A stretch of DNA of 64,000 bases from contig JAWAHS010000006.1 of NCBI GenBank assembly GCA_038889075.1, forward strand, positions 1 to 64,000. Reading direction: 5' to 3'. The notes under the pieces were generated by a model, which was not told where the DNA came from, did not search any database, and was given only the letters and a program-made list of their open reading frames with translations. The stretch is from Ignisphaera sp. GTDB taxonomy: Archaea > Thermoproteota > Thermoprotei_A > Sulfolobales > Ignisphaeraceae. Positions within the stretch are counted from its first letter, which is position 1, and each line of letters begins with the position of its first letter. Shown here piece by piece: positions 11,307-22,181 of the stretch. Both the position numbers and the translations under genes were made by a program.

Positions 11307-11501
11307 TACTAGAATGTATCCCTCTATATGTTTCTAATCTCATGCAAATTCTAATAATCACCTATCCGTTAAGGAGGTGCTCTAGAACCGCTGGGTTGCA
11401 TCATTGAGTAATTACCCTTACTAAAACCTTACTAAAGATTCTTGCCAATGAATCTAAATTTCAATAACGAATACAGATTTAAAAACGTAAGATTTATTCG
11501 T

Positions 11502-13646
11502 CTATAGCCCAAATAGTATGAACGGTATTATAACTGATGATGATACTGCCATGACCTTCATCATTATATTTATTGCAGGTCCTGCTGCATCTTTTAGTGG
11601 ATCTCCAACTGTGTCCCCTACTACAGCTGCTTTATGTGTCTCTGTACCTTTCCCTCCGAAGTTTCCAGCCTCTATGAATTTCTTTGCATTATCCCAAGTA
11701 TTTCCGATATTGCCCTGGAATAAACCTAAGAGTAATCCTGATGCAATGGAGCCTATTAGTAGGCCTCCTAATGCTGCTGCTCCTCTCCATACATCCCCAA
11801 TGCCAAATGCTGTGACTATAATCAGTGGTGCCAATATTGATACAATTCCTGGTGCAATTAACCTTCTTAGAGCATAGTATGTAACTATCTGTACAGCTCT
11901 TTCGTAGTCTGGTCTTTCTTTCCACTCTAGTATACCTGGCTTTTCTCGAAACTGCCTCCTTATTTCATCTACAAGCTTTCCAGCTGCAGCAGTTACAGCC
12001 TGTATAACCATGGCAACAAATACTGCTACCATAACTGCACCGATTATTACCCCTCCTACAAAGTATGCACCGTAGAATGGATGTCCTGCATTGAATATTG
12101 TCTGCATAATAACTTCTATTCTTTGCCCACTTCTACTGGCAAGCACGCTCGCAAAACTAAATAGTAGTGCAAGTGCTGTCAGTGCAGCTGAACCTATTGC
12201 ATAGCCTTTCGATATGGATTTCATCGTATTTCCAGCAGAATCGAGCTTATCAGCCAAACTCCTTATATCTTCACCATAGTTTGCCTGTTCAGCCAGCCCT
12301 GCAGAGTTATCAACTATAGGACCATATGCATCAGCAGCCACTATCACTGGAGCAACAGATAACATTCCAGTACCTGCTAATGCAGCAGAGTATATCCCTG
12401 CTAGCAATTGCTCAGTAACACTTAGAGTTGAGCCGATGGCAAATGAGGCAACCGCTGCTATAGCTATTGCAATACTTGGTATAAAAACGCTGTAGAAGCC
12501 CATTGTCATACCGCTTAGTATCGTCAGTGCAGGACCAAACTGCGAATTCCGTGCTACTATTTTAACAGGTCTGTATAGAGGTGATGTGAAGTAGTCTGAT
12601 GTAAAGCCGACTATAGCACCTGTTACAAGTCCTAGTAATCCTATAGCCCAGGTTACTAGTAGAGTTGGAGTTAGTGAATACGTAAATATACCATTTACTA
12701 TGGCAACAGCTGCTATGGAGATTATCGATGTTAGGGTAAGCGTCTTTCCAGGCTCAGCCACTGGTGATATTGCTATGAATTGTGATGTAAATAGGCTAGT
12801 AAGTAGTGCTATTGCTGAGAATAGAACTGGATATGCAATCAAATTTGATGATCCTAAAACAGCTGCTATAGCCATTGGTGCGATAATGCCCTCAACGTAG
12901 GATTCGAATAGATCTGCTCCCATACCAGCACAATCGCCAACATTATCCCCTACATTATCAGCTATAACACCAGGGTTCCTAGGATCGTCTTCTGGAATAC
13001 CCACCTCTACCTTTCCAACGAGATCTGCTCCTACATCTGCTGCCTTAGTATATATACCTCCACCAACTCTTGCAAATAGAGCCGCAGTACTAGCTCCAAA
13101 TGCATATGCTAAAAGAAGCTGTGTAGTTTGAGCAGTGTACCTTGGATTAAATCCATCAAATGCTATGAATAGTAGTGATATGAATGTAAGCCCTACACCA
13201 CCCACTAGGAATCCTGTTATGGAACCGCCTCTAAATGCTAGTGCAAGTGCTTTGCCAATATTTTCTCTACTCAAAACATTTAACACACGAATATTGCTGT
13301 AAACACCCATGAGCATCCCAATAATGCTTACAATGGCCGAGCACACCCCTCCAAGAACATATGCGATTCCTGAAAATAGCAGAAGAGTATTCTGAAATAC
13401 GATACCAAACACTGTGAGTAGAATAGCGATAAGAGCTACTATAGAGAGTATTACACTATACTGTGCTCTTATATAAGCAAGTGCAGCGCTCTTAATATAG
13501 CCATGTATCTGTGCAGCAGCCTTTTCCTCATCACTATCCATAGCTATAGGTTTTTTAACAATGCTAAGAATTGCAAAGATCACGTATACCAGTGTTATAG
13601 TACCTGAAGCCAGCCCCAGATATATCGAAAGGCTCAATATATTCAT
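11502..13646 (-). CDS. hppA: membrane-bound proton-translocating pyrophosphatase, K+-independent signature
   Basis: DVGADLVGKVE, DNVGDNVGD and GDTVGDPLKD; GNTMK has Lys at the K+-dependence site. Confidence 0.95.
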   Translation of the reverse strand: MNILSLSIYLGLASGTITLVYVIFAILSIVKKPIAMDSDEEKAAAQIHGYIKSAALAYIRAQYSVILSIVALIAILLTVFGIVFQNTLLLFSGIAYVLGGVCSAIVSIIGMLMGVYSNIRVLNVLSRENIGKALALAFRGGSITGFLVGGVGLTFISLLFIAFDGFNPRYTAQTTQLLLAYAFGASTAALFARVGGGIYTKAADVGADLVGKVEVGIPEDDPRNPGVIADNVGDNVGDCAGMGADLFESYVEGIIAPMAIAAVLGSSNLIAYPVLFSAIALLTSLFTSQFIAISPVAEPGKTLTLTSIISIAAVAIVNGIFTYSLTPTLLVTWAIGLLGLVTGAIVGFTSDYFTSPLYRPVKIVARNSQFGPALTILSGMTMGFYSVFIPSIAIAIAAVASFAIGSTLSVTEQLLAGIYSAALAGTGMLSVAPVIVAADAYGPIVDNSAGLAEQANYGEDIRSLADKLDSAGNTMKSISKGYAIGSAALTALALLFSFASVLASRSGQRIEVIMQTIFNAGHPFYGAYFVGGVIIGAVMVAVFVAMVIQAVTAAAGKLVDEIRRQFREKPGILEWKERPDYERAVQIVTYYALRRLIAPGIVSILAPLIIVTAFGIGDVWRGAAALGGLLIGSIASGLLLGLFQGNIGNTWDNAKKFIEAGNFGGKGTETHKAAVVGDTVGDPLKDAAGPAINIMMKVMAVSSSVIIPFILFGL

Positions 13647-13820
13647 AAGCTATACCACCATTCCATAGGATGTTCAAAAACCTTACACTTTTGCAGAGGG
13701 AATAAAAGCTTTTTCTTTATTAAACTATATTAAACTATACACCTCTAAACACAGGAATACAAACATAAAATGTAGAGATACATCAAAAACAAATAAATTG
13801 GACACCACATAAAATGTTTA

Positions 13821-13898
13821 GGGCCCGTAGCTTAGCTCGGATAGAGCGCCGGCCTGCGGAGCCGGAGGTCCGGGGTTCAAATCCCCGCGGGCCCGCCA
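13821..13898 (+). tRNA. tRNA-Arg(GCG)
   Basis: ccggc-ctGCGga-gccgg; CCA encoded. Confidence 0.96.
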
Positions 13899-13985
13899 CA
13901 CAAAAGAATATTTTTAGAAACGACGAAAATAAGATTAATAAGCGAAACAGCAAAAAGAAACTATAAGCCTATATAATTTGTAGCT

Positions 13986-14038
13986 GGATGATGTTGGTTT
14001 TAAGATCTGAGGAATGATGATAAACCCACGCGATGACC
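13986..14038 (+). ncRNA. box C/D sRNA candidate
   Basis: C-like atgatgt, D' ctga, C' atgatga and D-like atga with 12-nt spacers. Confidence 0.65.
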
Positions 14039-14041
14039 TGT

Positions 14042-15496
14042 CTACATCCTTCGACTATTGAGTATCTTCATTAGTATATCCCTAGTTTTCTGTGGATCGG
14101 CTCTCCCCCCTGTTTTTTTCATTATTGCTCCTATAAGAAAGTTTATGGCTTTCGGATTCCTTAGTGCATCTTCAACGGCCTTGGGGTTTTCTCTAACGGT
14201 TTCTAAGGCTATCTGTTCCAGATACTGCTCATCATCGATCCTAGTATAACCCATAGCTCTAATATACTCATCTATATCTATCTCTCCTCTTATAACTTGA
14301 GGCATCAATTCTTTAACCATTTTTATAGATAGCACACCTCTATCTAGAAGTTCGAGAAGCTTAACAATGTCATGTGGTTTAACGCTAAGTTTTTTCACAT
14401 CCAGGGACAACTCTTTGACCCATCTGAGGAAATCTGTTATAAGTACATCTGCAAGTCTTTTGTAGTTACTATATATTTTTGTACCCTCTTCAAAGAAGTC
14501 AGCGAGCCACTTATTTAATACAAGTACTGTTGCCCTGTACTCATCTAAGTTGTATTGCATTATAAACCTCTCTATACGTTGATCGGGCAACTCTGGTAAC
14601 CTTGATAGGATCCTGTTCACCACCTCATTGGAGATCCTTATTGGCGGTAGATCTGGATCTGGGAAGTATCTATAATCCTCCTCGAACTCCTTAGCCCTAA
14701 GCGGTACCGTTATACCCTTTCTCTCATCCCAGTGCCTCGTCTCTCTAGCTATGGTACCACCCTGCTCAACTATTCTCTTCTGCCTTACTATCTCATACAT
14801 CAAAGCCTTTTCAACATCCTTTATTGATCCAATATTCTTTATCTCAACCCTTCCATACCCTTCAATTGAAATATTTGCATCTACTCTAAAAGAGCCTTCA
14901 AGGGCTGTATCAACCGCGCCTAGATATTCGAGAATTGCAATGAGTTTGTCGAGGAAAATCCTTGCTTCCTTTGGACTATCTATATCAGGTTCCGTGACGA
15001 TTTCAAGTAGTGGTATACCAGATCTATTGTAGTCTACCAGGCTGTATTGGGCCTCCTCAATACCTCCTATATAATGTATCTTCCCAGGATCTTCTTCAAT
15101 ATTTATCCTCCTTATCCTGATAAACTTTGTCCTACCATTAGAAAATATCTTGATGTATCCATTTCTAGCAATGGGTGTGAACCCGGGACCGTCATACTGG
15201 GATATCTGATAGTTTTTAGGTAGATCAGGATAGAAATAGTGCTTTCTAACAAATACAACTCTATCGCTTATTTCACAATTGAGCGCCTTAGCAACGGCTA
15301 TAGCATATTCAATCGCTTTTCTATTTACAACGGGCAGAGTACCTGGCAATCCCAGACAGACTGGACATACATATGTATTTGGATTGCCTTCCCTATAGTT
15401 GGAATGCGTTGAACAAAACAGTTTGCTTGCCAACGATGTTAGCTGGATATGTATTTCCAATCCTATTAAAACTTTCACCAATCTACACCTCCGCAA
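14042..15496 (-). CDS. gatB: Asp/Glu-tRNA amidotransferase subunit B
   Basis: IGLEIHIQL, YFYPDLPKNYQISQ and YRYFPDPDLPP. Confidence 0.97.
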   Translation of the reverse strand: MRRCRLVKVLIGLEIHIQLTSLASKLFCSTHSNYREGNPNTYVCPVCLGLPGTLPVVNRKAIEYAIAVAKALNCEISDRVVFVRKHYFYPDLPKNYQISQYDGPGFTPIARNGYIKIFSNGRTKFIRIRRINIEEDPGKIHYIGGIEEAQYSLVDYNRSGIPLLEIVTEPDIDSPKEARIFLDKLIAILEYLGAVDTALEGSFRVDANISIEGYGRVEIKNIGSIKDVEKALMYEIVRQKRIVEQGGTIARETRHWDERKGITVPLRAKEFEEDYRYFPDPDLPPIRISNEVVNRILSRLPELPDQRIERFIMQYNLDEYRATVLVLNKWLADFFEEGTKIYSNYKRLADVLITDFLRWVKELSLDVKKLSVKPHDIVKLLELLDRGVLSIKMVKELMPQVIRGEIDIDEYIRAMGYTRIDDEQYLEQIALETVRENPKAVEDALRNPKAINFLIGAIMKKTGGRADPQKTRDILMKILNSRRM

Positions 15497-16952
15497 TAAG
15501 GTCTCTAAGCTTTGTCATCTCCTCTAATTGTGCCGAGAGATATAGAAGCATAGATTCTGAAAGAGGTTTTGACATAAGTTGCAGCCCCACCGGTAGACCG
15601 TTCCAGAAACCCGCAGGTACGCTTATTGCTGGATAGCCTGTAAGATTAGCAATAACTGTTGATACATCCGCTAGATAGATCTTTAACGGATCCTCAAAAA
15701 ACTCGCCTAACTTAGGAGGAGGAATCGGCATCGTTGGACTTGCCACAACATCGACTTTGTTAAATATGGTATCGATATTCTCCTTAAGCATCCTCCTAAA
15801 TCTTAATGCCCTTATATAGTACATATCCCTATAACCCATGCTAAGAACGTATGCACCTAGTGCTACCCTTTTTTTAACCTCATATCCGAAACCTCTAGTC
15901 CTTACCTCGGTATAGACATCAACCCAACTTCTCCCTTCAACTGGTACCTTAAGACCGTATCTAATACCATCGTATCTAGATAGGTTGGAGCTTGCTTCAG
16001 CCATAGCTATTATATAATATGCTGCTACAGCCTCTCTAGTATATGGCATAGAGATATCTGTACACTCATGATATGAACATAGTTTGTCTATACAGCCATA
16101 AGCCACGGTTCTAACACTATCGTCAGAACCCTCGAACAGCTCCCTCAAAATACCTATTCTAAGTCTAGGTTCCTTATGGAGCTGTTCATTTAATGATTCA
16201 ATGTAGTTTGTAGTGCTTATAGGTAGAGATGTTGAATCCCTTGGATCGTTTCCTGATATAACGGTGAGTAGGAGTGCTAAGTCAGTAGTATTTCTAGCCA
16301 TAGGCCCAATCTGATCCATACTACTTGCATATGCGATCAAGCCATATCTACTTACAAGCCCATACGTAGGTTTAAGGCCGTATACCATTGTATAGGCTGC
16401 AGGATTCCTTATAGAACCACCTGTATCTGAGCCAAGTGCTATAGATGCTTCACCTGCTGCTAGAGCTGCTCCACTTCCACCTGACGATCCTCCAGGTACC
16501 CGATTTAAATCCCATGGATTCTTAGTAGGATAGAATGCACTAGTCTCTGTGGTCGAACCCATTGCAAATTCATCCATGTTTGTCTTACCGTGGATAATGA
16601 CACCTGTGTTCTTGAGCTTCTCAATAACAGTAGCATCATAGGGTGGGATATAGCTCTCAAGCATTCTGGAACCACATGTTGTTCTAATACCTTTAGTTGA
16701 GATGTTGTCTTTTACCCCTATCATTACACCAAATAATTTCGGGAGATTTTTACTGCCATAATTCTTTATAAGATTCTCTACATAATTGTATACTTGTTCC
16801 TTAGGAATGATTGTTATAAAGGCTCTTACCTTACCCTCTACACGTTCAATCCTGTCATAGATCGAGTCTACGTATTCGAACACCTTATACACATCAGAAG
16901 AAAACTCATCAATAAGTCTATAAACAGGCATGGATATGTATTTATATGACAT
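15483..16952 (-). CDS. gatA: Asp/Glu-tRNA amidotransferase subunit A
   Basis: Amidase signature GGSSGGS, GSDTGGSIR and ASSNLSRYDG. Confidence 0.97.
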   Translation of the reverse strand: MSYKYISMPVYRLIDEFSSDVYKVFEYVDSIYDRIERVEGKVRAFITIIPKEQVYNYVENLIKNYGSKNLPKLFGVMIGVKDNISTKGIRTTCGSRMLESYIPPYDATVIEKLKNTGVIIHGKTNMDEFAMGSTTETSAFYPTKNPWDLNRVPGGSSGGSGAALAAGEASIALGSDTGGSIRNPAAYTMVYGLKPTYGLVSRYGLIAYASSMDQIGPMARNTTDLALLLTVISGNDPRDSTSLPISTTNYIESLNEQLHKEPRLRIGILRELFEGSDDSVRTVAYGCIDKLCSYHECTDISMPYTREAVAAYYIIAMAEASSNLSRYDGIRYGLKVPVEGRSWVDVYTEVRTRGFGYEVKKRVALGAYVLSMGYRDMYYIRALRFRRMLKENIDTIFNKVDVVASPTMPIPPPKLGEFFEDPLKIYLADVSTVIANLTGYPAISVPAGFWNGLPVGLQLMSKPLSESMLLYLSAQLEEMTKLRDLIAEV

Positions 16953-16953
16953 G

Positions 16954-17244
16954 CTACTCTACCATAGTCTTTGGGGCTTTTACATAACCATGCACTAGCA
17001 AAGCATTGCCTCTAAGCATATCATGCTCCTCATCCACCTTATCGAGAGCCTCATCCTCCCTTAAGGGTGACGATATTTCATGGACATGGAACAGAGGCTC
17101 GTATCTATCTAGATTTTCAATATTCTTCAATTCATTGAATAAACTAACAATTTTATCTACCTCTACACTAATTCTCTTCCTCTCAATATCACTAAATTTT
17201 ATCAGTACAAGTCTCTCAAGATATCCTATAAGATCCTCCGACAA
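16954..17244 (-). CDS. gatC: Asp/Glu-tRNA amidotransferase subunit C (start re-assigned to a TTG after GGTG)
   Basis: LREDE...GYVKAPK; directly upstream of gatA; start uncertain. Confidence 0.85.
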   Translation of the reverse strand: MSEDLIGYLERLVLIKFSDIERKRISVEVDKIVSLFNELKNIENLDRYEPLFHVHEISSPLREDEALDKVDEEHDMLRGNALLVHGYVKAPKTMVE

Positions 17245-17375
17245 TATCAACACCAAAACACAGTTATTGGTTACATAGAATATAAGCCTGATACAAAAAT
17301 CTAGATCTGTCCTCAAAATATCTAAAATAGAGAGATTGGTGGACAATTATTAAGGTTGAGGATGTAATTAATGTA

Positions 17376-17786
17376 TTGAAGAATTTTGTTAAGGATCCAA
17401 CAATTGTATTTATGAGTATTGAAGAGGCCAAACTACTCGGTGCTAATATAATTAATTACACTCTAGATTTAGATAAGGATATAACCTACTCAGCAATTTC
17501 ATTCGAATACATAGCATCAATAGATGAGCTCATACCTATAGCTATAATTGTGCAACCTGCTGACAACCTGCTAGAAAATATAACAATATCTACTATCTCA
17601 AGCCTACTAAGTAATATTGGTGGTTACATGTATGGATCTGGTAACAGTATTGGAATTCTAATCCCCGTAGAGAATGAGCTCGACCTTTATAACAAAATTG
17701 CACTAACCATTCCTAGGATCATTAAACAGCTTTTAGGAAAAGATGTTAAGCCCACAGTTACTGGCTACAGTATTGAAACAGTATAG
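17376..17786 (+). CDS. hypothetical protein
   Basis: 136-aa ORF divergent from gatC; no motif recognised. Confidence 0.6.
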   Translation: MKNFVKDPTIVFMSIEEAKLLGANIINYTLDLDKDITYSAISFEYIASIDELIPIAIIVQPADNLLENITISTISSLLSNIGGYMYGSGNSIGILIPVENELDLYNKIALTIPRIIKQLLGKDVKPTVTGYSIETV

Positions 17787-18082
17787 ATTCATTATCTCTT
17801 AATAATAGGACTTTCAACATATCTACTCAGGACTCAGAGTTTTAGCAACCATGTAGCGGAGATGTAGATAGTACATTAGAGATTTCGCAGGAAATTGTCT
17901 ACCATCAAGAAGAATTCAATCTAGAGCTGGATTATTTTAGTTGCCTTAGTAATGAGAATAGTGTTCCATAGGCTTCACATTATGTTGTTATGAACTTCAA
18001 CATTAATTGTGCTTCCGATATTTTCACCGAGCTCCTATACCTATGGGTTACATATCTATCGTTATTTAAGGTACGTCGATGG

Positions 18083-18406
18083 CTAAGCATGTTCCGTTTG
18101 AACATAAAGATTGCATAATGAAATAGTATCCACACCTCTTCTACAGACACATAGACATACCGGTTTCCCATCAACTTTATATACCACTATTTTACCTCCT
18201 CTTACATAACCTATATGTTTGACCTCAATATTGGTTCCTTCTATAAGAGCCTCTATACAGTTACTATATAGCTCTTTAGCGCACCTTTCCTCTTCACATG
18301 AAAGTATCTCATCAACATCACAATATATGCTGTATATACTGGTATCTACAACTATCAGTACATCCGTAGTTGCAACTTCGGCTTCAGGAAGATTTTTTGT
18401 AGCCAT
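18083..18406 (-). CDS. hypothetical Cys-rich protein
   Basis: 107-aa ORF co-directional with the DUF61 gene. Confidence 0.6.
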   Translation of the reverse strand: MATKNLPEAEVATTDVLIVVDTSIYSIYCDVDEILSCEEERCAKELYSNCIEALIEGTNIEVKHIGYVRGGKIVVYKVDGKPVCLCVCRRGVDTISLCNLYVQTEHA

Positions 18407-18422
18407 ACTATATCAAACCATG

Positions 18423-18878
18423 CTATTCTATTGACGGCTCCTTATCACTATCTAGATTTACAGAAATTGCGTATTGAAATACTGTATCAAATAGCGATCG
18501 GAGGAGTGCTAGATGTGGTTTGTATAGAATGAGCCTCTTCATGTTTTTTGAGGATAGCTCTGTTCCAAGAATTCTAGCAATGACTTTAATCGCCAGTGAA
18601 TCTTCTACAACTGCTATACCATTATCTATATCAGGTCTAATGATAATTATTATTGGTAGTAAAAGCTTATCCCACTCATTCTGTTCTATATAGTTAGCCA
18701 ACACCTTTAACTCAGTTTTTCTGAAGAAATGTATTGTACCATCCCTTAGAATGACATGTGGAATCTCCATCTCGATCAGTCTATGGAGCGAGAGTCTCTC
18801 TTTAGGAAGATGTTTATTGACTACTCTCAATTCACCAACAACTAATCCTCTTATAATTAGATCTTCCCGATGGTCCAT
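18423..18878 (-). CDS. DUF61 family protein
   Basis: VNKHLPKER.SL, LRDGT.H.F and LLLPII. Confidence 0.75.
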   Translation of the reverse strand: MDHREDLIIRGLVVGELRVVNKHLPKERLSLHRLIEMEIPHVILRDGTIHFFRKTELKVLANYIEQNEWDKLLLPIIIIIRPDIDNGIAVVEDSLAIKVIARILGTELSSKNMKRLILYKPHLALLRSLFDTVFQYAISVNLDSDKEPSIE

Positions 18879-19040
18879 AAAACTACACTTACAATTAGTA
18901 TCCCTCTAGGATGTTTATTAATTTCCATGAACATCCCACATTCATATGTTTGTAGAGGTTTATTAGAGATTTTAGAAACGATAAATTTATTAGCTTCTAT
19001 ATAAACTCTAATATACTTAGTAAGAGTTGAAGGTGGAAAA

Positions 19041-19424
19041 ATGAGTGCAGAAATACTATTTGAAAAGAGAAGGAGAAGAAAAAGAAAACTCGAAGTAGTT
19101 GATAATAAAGTGATATTTAGAAAGAGACTTGAACACAGCTTTGAATTACCACAGGAGATAGCTGATTGGATTAAAAATAATATTGATATAATAGATTGGC
19201 TAGTATTTGACAGTGCTATATCCTCATCGCTTAGACATCCACATAGTGTTAGAACATTGATATATCTTCTCTATGCAAGAACGAATGGCATACCAATAGC
19301 TCAAATGGCTAAAAAGATTGATGTAGCACACGAACAGCTCTACAGACTTGAAAGACTTCTAATTAAAGCTGGATTAAAAGACACCATATACAATACTCTC
19401 AAATCGAGAGCCGCATCCCGTTAA
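19041..19424 (+). CDS. hypothetical basic protein with C-terminal HTH-like segment
   Basis: AAGGTGG SD-like site; KRRRRKRK; IAQMAKKIDVAHEQLYRLER. Confidence 0.7.
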   Translation: MSAEILFEKRRRRKRKLEVVDNKVIFRKRLEHSFELPQEIADWIKNNIDIIDWLVFDSAISSSLRHPHSVRTLIYLLYARTNGIPIAQMAKKIDVAHEQLYRLERLLIKAGLKDTIYNTLKSRAASR

Positions 19425-19593
19425 ATTTCAGAAAATATATCTGAATCAACTGTATTGAGCATTATCATCCCAATTCAAAATGTTTTTACATTACATCTCT
19501 TAGCTATTCATAGTATGTTAAAATAATGTAGGAAATTGCAAAACACTTTATACTTTCAATATATATATTATATTACCATATGGGATGTAGATT

Positions 19594-20016
19594 ATGTTTA
19601 GAGTATATCACGAAACAATAACATTATCCACATCAAGACGATTTCAATTGATAGATATAACTAAGGATATTGAAGATATTGTTAAAAGAAGTAATGTTAA
19701 GGATGGTATATGTGTAGTCTTTGCTCCTCATGCAACTGGTGCGATAATAGCTAATGAAAATGAAGTAGGGCTTGTAGATGATATAACAACATTTATTAGA
19801 GAGTTGACACAGGTAGATAGAGAATGGAAGCATAATAGAATTGATGATAATGCACATGCACATATAGGTTCTGCGGTAATCAGTAGTGAGAGAGTATTTC
19901 CGGTTATTGATGGAAAATTGCTACGGGGTACATGGCAAAATGTATTTTTCGTAGAAATGGATGGGCCAAGAATGCAGAGAACAATTATTGTTATAGTACT
20001 TGGCTCCACCCACTAG
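19594..20016 (+). CDS. YjbQ/UPF0047 family protein
   Basis: HATGAI..NE, DNAHAHI and GTWQNVFFVEMDGPR. Confidence 0.92.
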   Translation: MFRVYHETITLSTSRRFQLIDITKDIEDIVKRSNVKDGICVVFAPHATGAIIANENEVGLVDDITTFIRELTQVDREWKHNRIDDNAHAHIGSAVISSERVFPVIDGKLLRGTWQNVFFVEMDGPRMQRTIIVIVLGSTH

Positions 20017-20269
20017 GATTTACCATATCCATACATATTTCTATTTTCTATACTTTTTTAAACATTCTTCTATGCAATCATTTAATGCCTTACCATGGTA
20101 ACCTTCATCTATACACTTCTCTCTACAATATTTCAAAATATGTGTTCTATTATACTCTGAGAGTTCGTTTCCTGAAGCCAAGAGTTTTACCCCTACTCTC
20201 TATACCGGCAGTTTTCATAAATACTTTTATAAAATAGCGTACACAGTATATTAATGGGGTTGCAGATAT

Positions 20270-20503
20270 ATGCCTAAGGCAATAGTGCTTATAAATACTG
20301 ATGTTGGTATGGAGGAAGAGGTTGCAAAAGCCTTAACCCAGTTACCAGAGGTTAAAGAGGTTCACGTAGTTTATGGAATTTATGATGTTGTAGTTGTCGT
20401 TGAGGCTAATACATTTGATGAACTTCGAAGTGCTGTTATAACGAAGGTTAGAAAATTCCCACATATAAAGAGTACTACAACATTAATAGTTGTTGAACAT
20501 TAG
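20270..20503 (+). CDS. stand-alone Lrp/AsnC ligand-binding (RAM) domain
   Basis: VYGIYDVVV motif; 77 aa with no HTH. Confidence 0.85.
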   Translation: MPKAIVLINTDVGMEEEVAKALTQLPEVKEVHVVYGIYDVVVVVEANTFDELRSAVITKVRKFPHIKSTTTLIVVEH

Positions 20504-20612
20504 ATTGGGATTCAAAATCATTTTTCTAATTTAATACAGAGAATATTGATAATTAAAACACTTTTATTCTTGTTTAATAAGGTATTTTCAGTGTACAGAG
20601 CAGTGGCCACCA

Positions 20613-21449
20613 ATGAGCAGTATAACCTCATATAACGACCTTGTGGAGAATTTACTAAAGCTTCATAAATGTTATAGAGTGCAGATGTTAATATCTAGCG
20701 ACATCATCAATAAAATAGATCTTCTTGCGAGACCCTATAGTAGTCTGGTTCTCGCAACAAGCATATGGGTTGTTGATATGATGAAGAGGAATATTCTTGG
20801 ATATGGTGAAATAGTCTACATACAGAGACGTTTAGCACAATTTCTATCACAGGCAAGCAGATCAGAGAAAGAATTGTTAAAGAAGCTACTTAATCTACTA
20901 CCATCTAAAATTGGTGAGGATATAGGTGCAATTTTTAAAAGATGCATGATTGAACAACAAAAATTAGTTGATATTATAAGAATTCTCAATTTTATTAACG
21001 AAATTGTTATATTAGTTGAGAGTGAACAAAATATAAATGAACCTATTCGAAGAGTAAGAAAACTTTGCCTCTATGATCTCAATCTTCTCCCACCAACGCA
21101 TGGCAATAGCAAAACATATATACAGCTATTGATTAAGGCACTCAATAATACACCAGAGATTCAAAGAGAACCACTGCTACTCCAGTCACTAGAATTAATA
21201 GAAATGAAGTTTTCCAAGGATAATTTAGACACATCAGATCTAGCAGCAATAGCTCTTGTAGCCCTCACCATAGCTAGACATCTACACTCTACAACTATCT
21301 GTGTAGAACCGTGTATAGAGCTCGAGACCTTTGCTAGGAAAATATATACAGATCTAATGGACATGGGTGCGGATCCATCAAAATCGGAAATATATAAGAT
21401 CTATCAAGAACTCTCTACGAAATCTGTTTTTAGAAAATTTGGGGGATAA
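20613..21449 (+). CDS. hypothetical protein
   Basis: 278-aa helical-looking ORF, 3 nt before the GDPD gene. Confidence 0.7.
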   Translation: MSSITSYNDLVENLLKLHKCYRVQMLISSDIINKIDLLARPYSSLVLATSIWVVDMMKRNILGYGEIVYIQRRLAQFLSQASRSEKELLKKLLNLLPSKIGEDIGAIFKRCMIEQQKLVDIIRILNFINEIVILVESEQNINEPIRRVRKLCLYDLNLLPPTHGNSKTYIQLLIKALNNTPEIQREPLLLQSLELIEMKFSKDNLDTSDLAAIALVALTIARHLHSTTICVEPCIELETFARKIYTDLMDMGADPSKSEIYKIYQELSTKSVFRKFGG

Positions 21450-21452
21450 AGT

Positions 21453-22181
21453 GTGAATGGAGATTCATGGAAAGAGAAATTCCTTTTGATAGCTCATAGA
21501 GGAGCTTCAGCATACGAACCTGAAAATACGTTAGCAGCCTTTAGAAGAGCCATTGATATGGGATGTGATGCTATAGAATTCGATGTGAGATTTACAAAAG
21601 ATGGTGTGCCTGTAGTAATCCATGATGAAGATTTGAAAAGAGTTTCAGGTTTGAGTAAAAAGGTAAGGGAGCTTACATTAGATGAAATTAAAAGAATAAT
21701 AGTAATGGGAAAGGAGCGTATTCCGACTGTTGATGAAGTTTTAAGTGAAGTTGGTAGTAAAACAATCATATTTATGGAGATTAAGGAACTGGTTGATGAA
21801 AAGTATATGGTTAGAATGCTGAGAGATTATAATGTAATAGACCATTCTCTCATCATTTCATTCAACTATGAGTATCTAAAGATGGTAAAGGCTTTGGATA
21901 ACTCCATAGAGATAGGATTGCTAACCTATGTAAGGCCTCTGCCTATAGATGAGGCTGTTAGGTTAAAAGCTATGGCAATACTGCCTAGATACAATTTGGT
22001 AACACCAAATATTGTAAAAGATATCCATAGTAAAAAGTTGAAGATATATACATGGACTGTAAACGATGTAGCAATAGCTTTAAAAATGAAAAACTTTGGA
22101 GTTGATGGTATCGCTACAGATGATCCTGCAATTAGAGGCAAATTAGAGAAGCAGAATGCTCTCCTTAGATACAGAACATAG
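21453..22181 (+). CDS. glycerophosphodiester phosphodiesterase
   Basis: IAHRGAS..PENT, EFDV, HDEDL, WTVN and GIATDDP. Confidence 0.93.
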   Translation: MNGDSWKEKFLLIAHRGASAYEPENTLAAFRRAIDMGCDAIEFDVRFTKDGVPVVIHDEDLKRVSGLSKKVRELTLDEIKRIIVMGKERIPTVDEVLSEVGSKTIIFMEIKELVDEKYMVRMLRDYNVIDHSLIISFNYEYLKMVKALDNSIEIGLLTYVRPLPIDEAVRLKAMAILPRYNLVTPNIVKDIHSKKLKIYTWTVNDVAIALKMKNFGVDGIATDDPAIRGKLEKQNALLRYRT

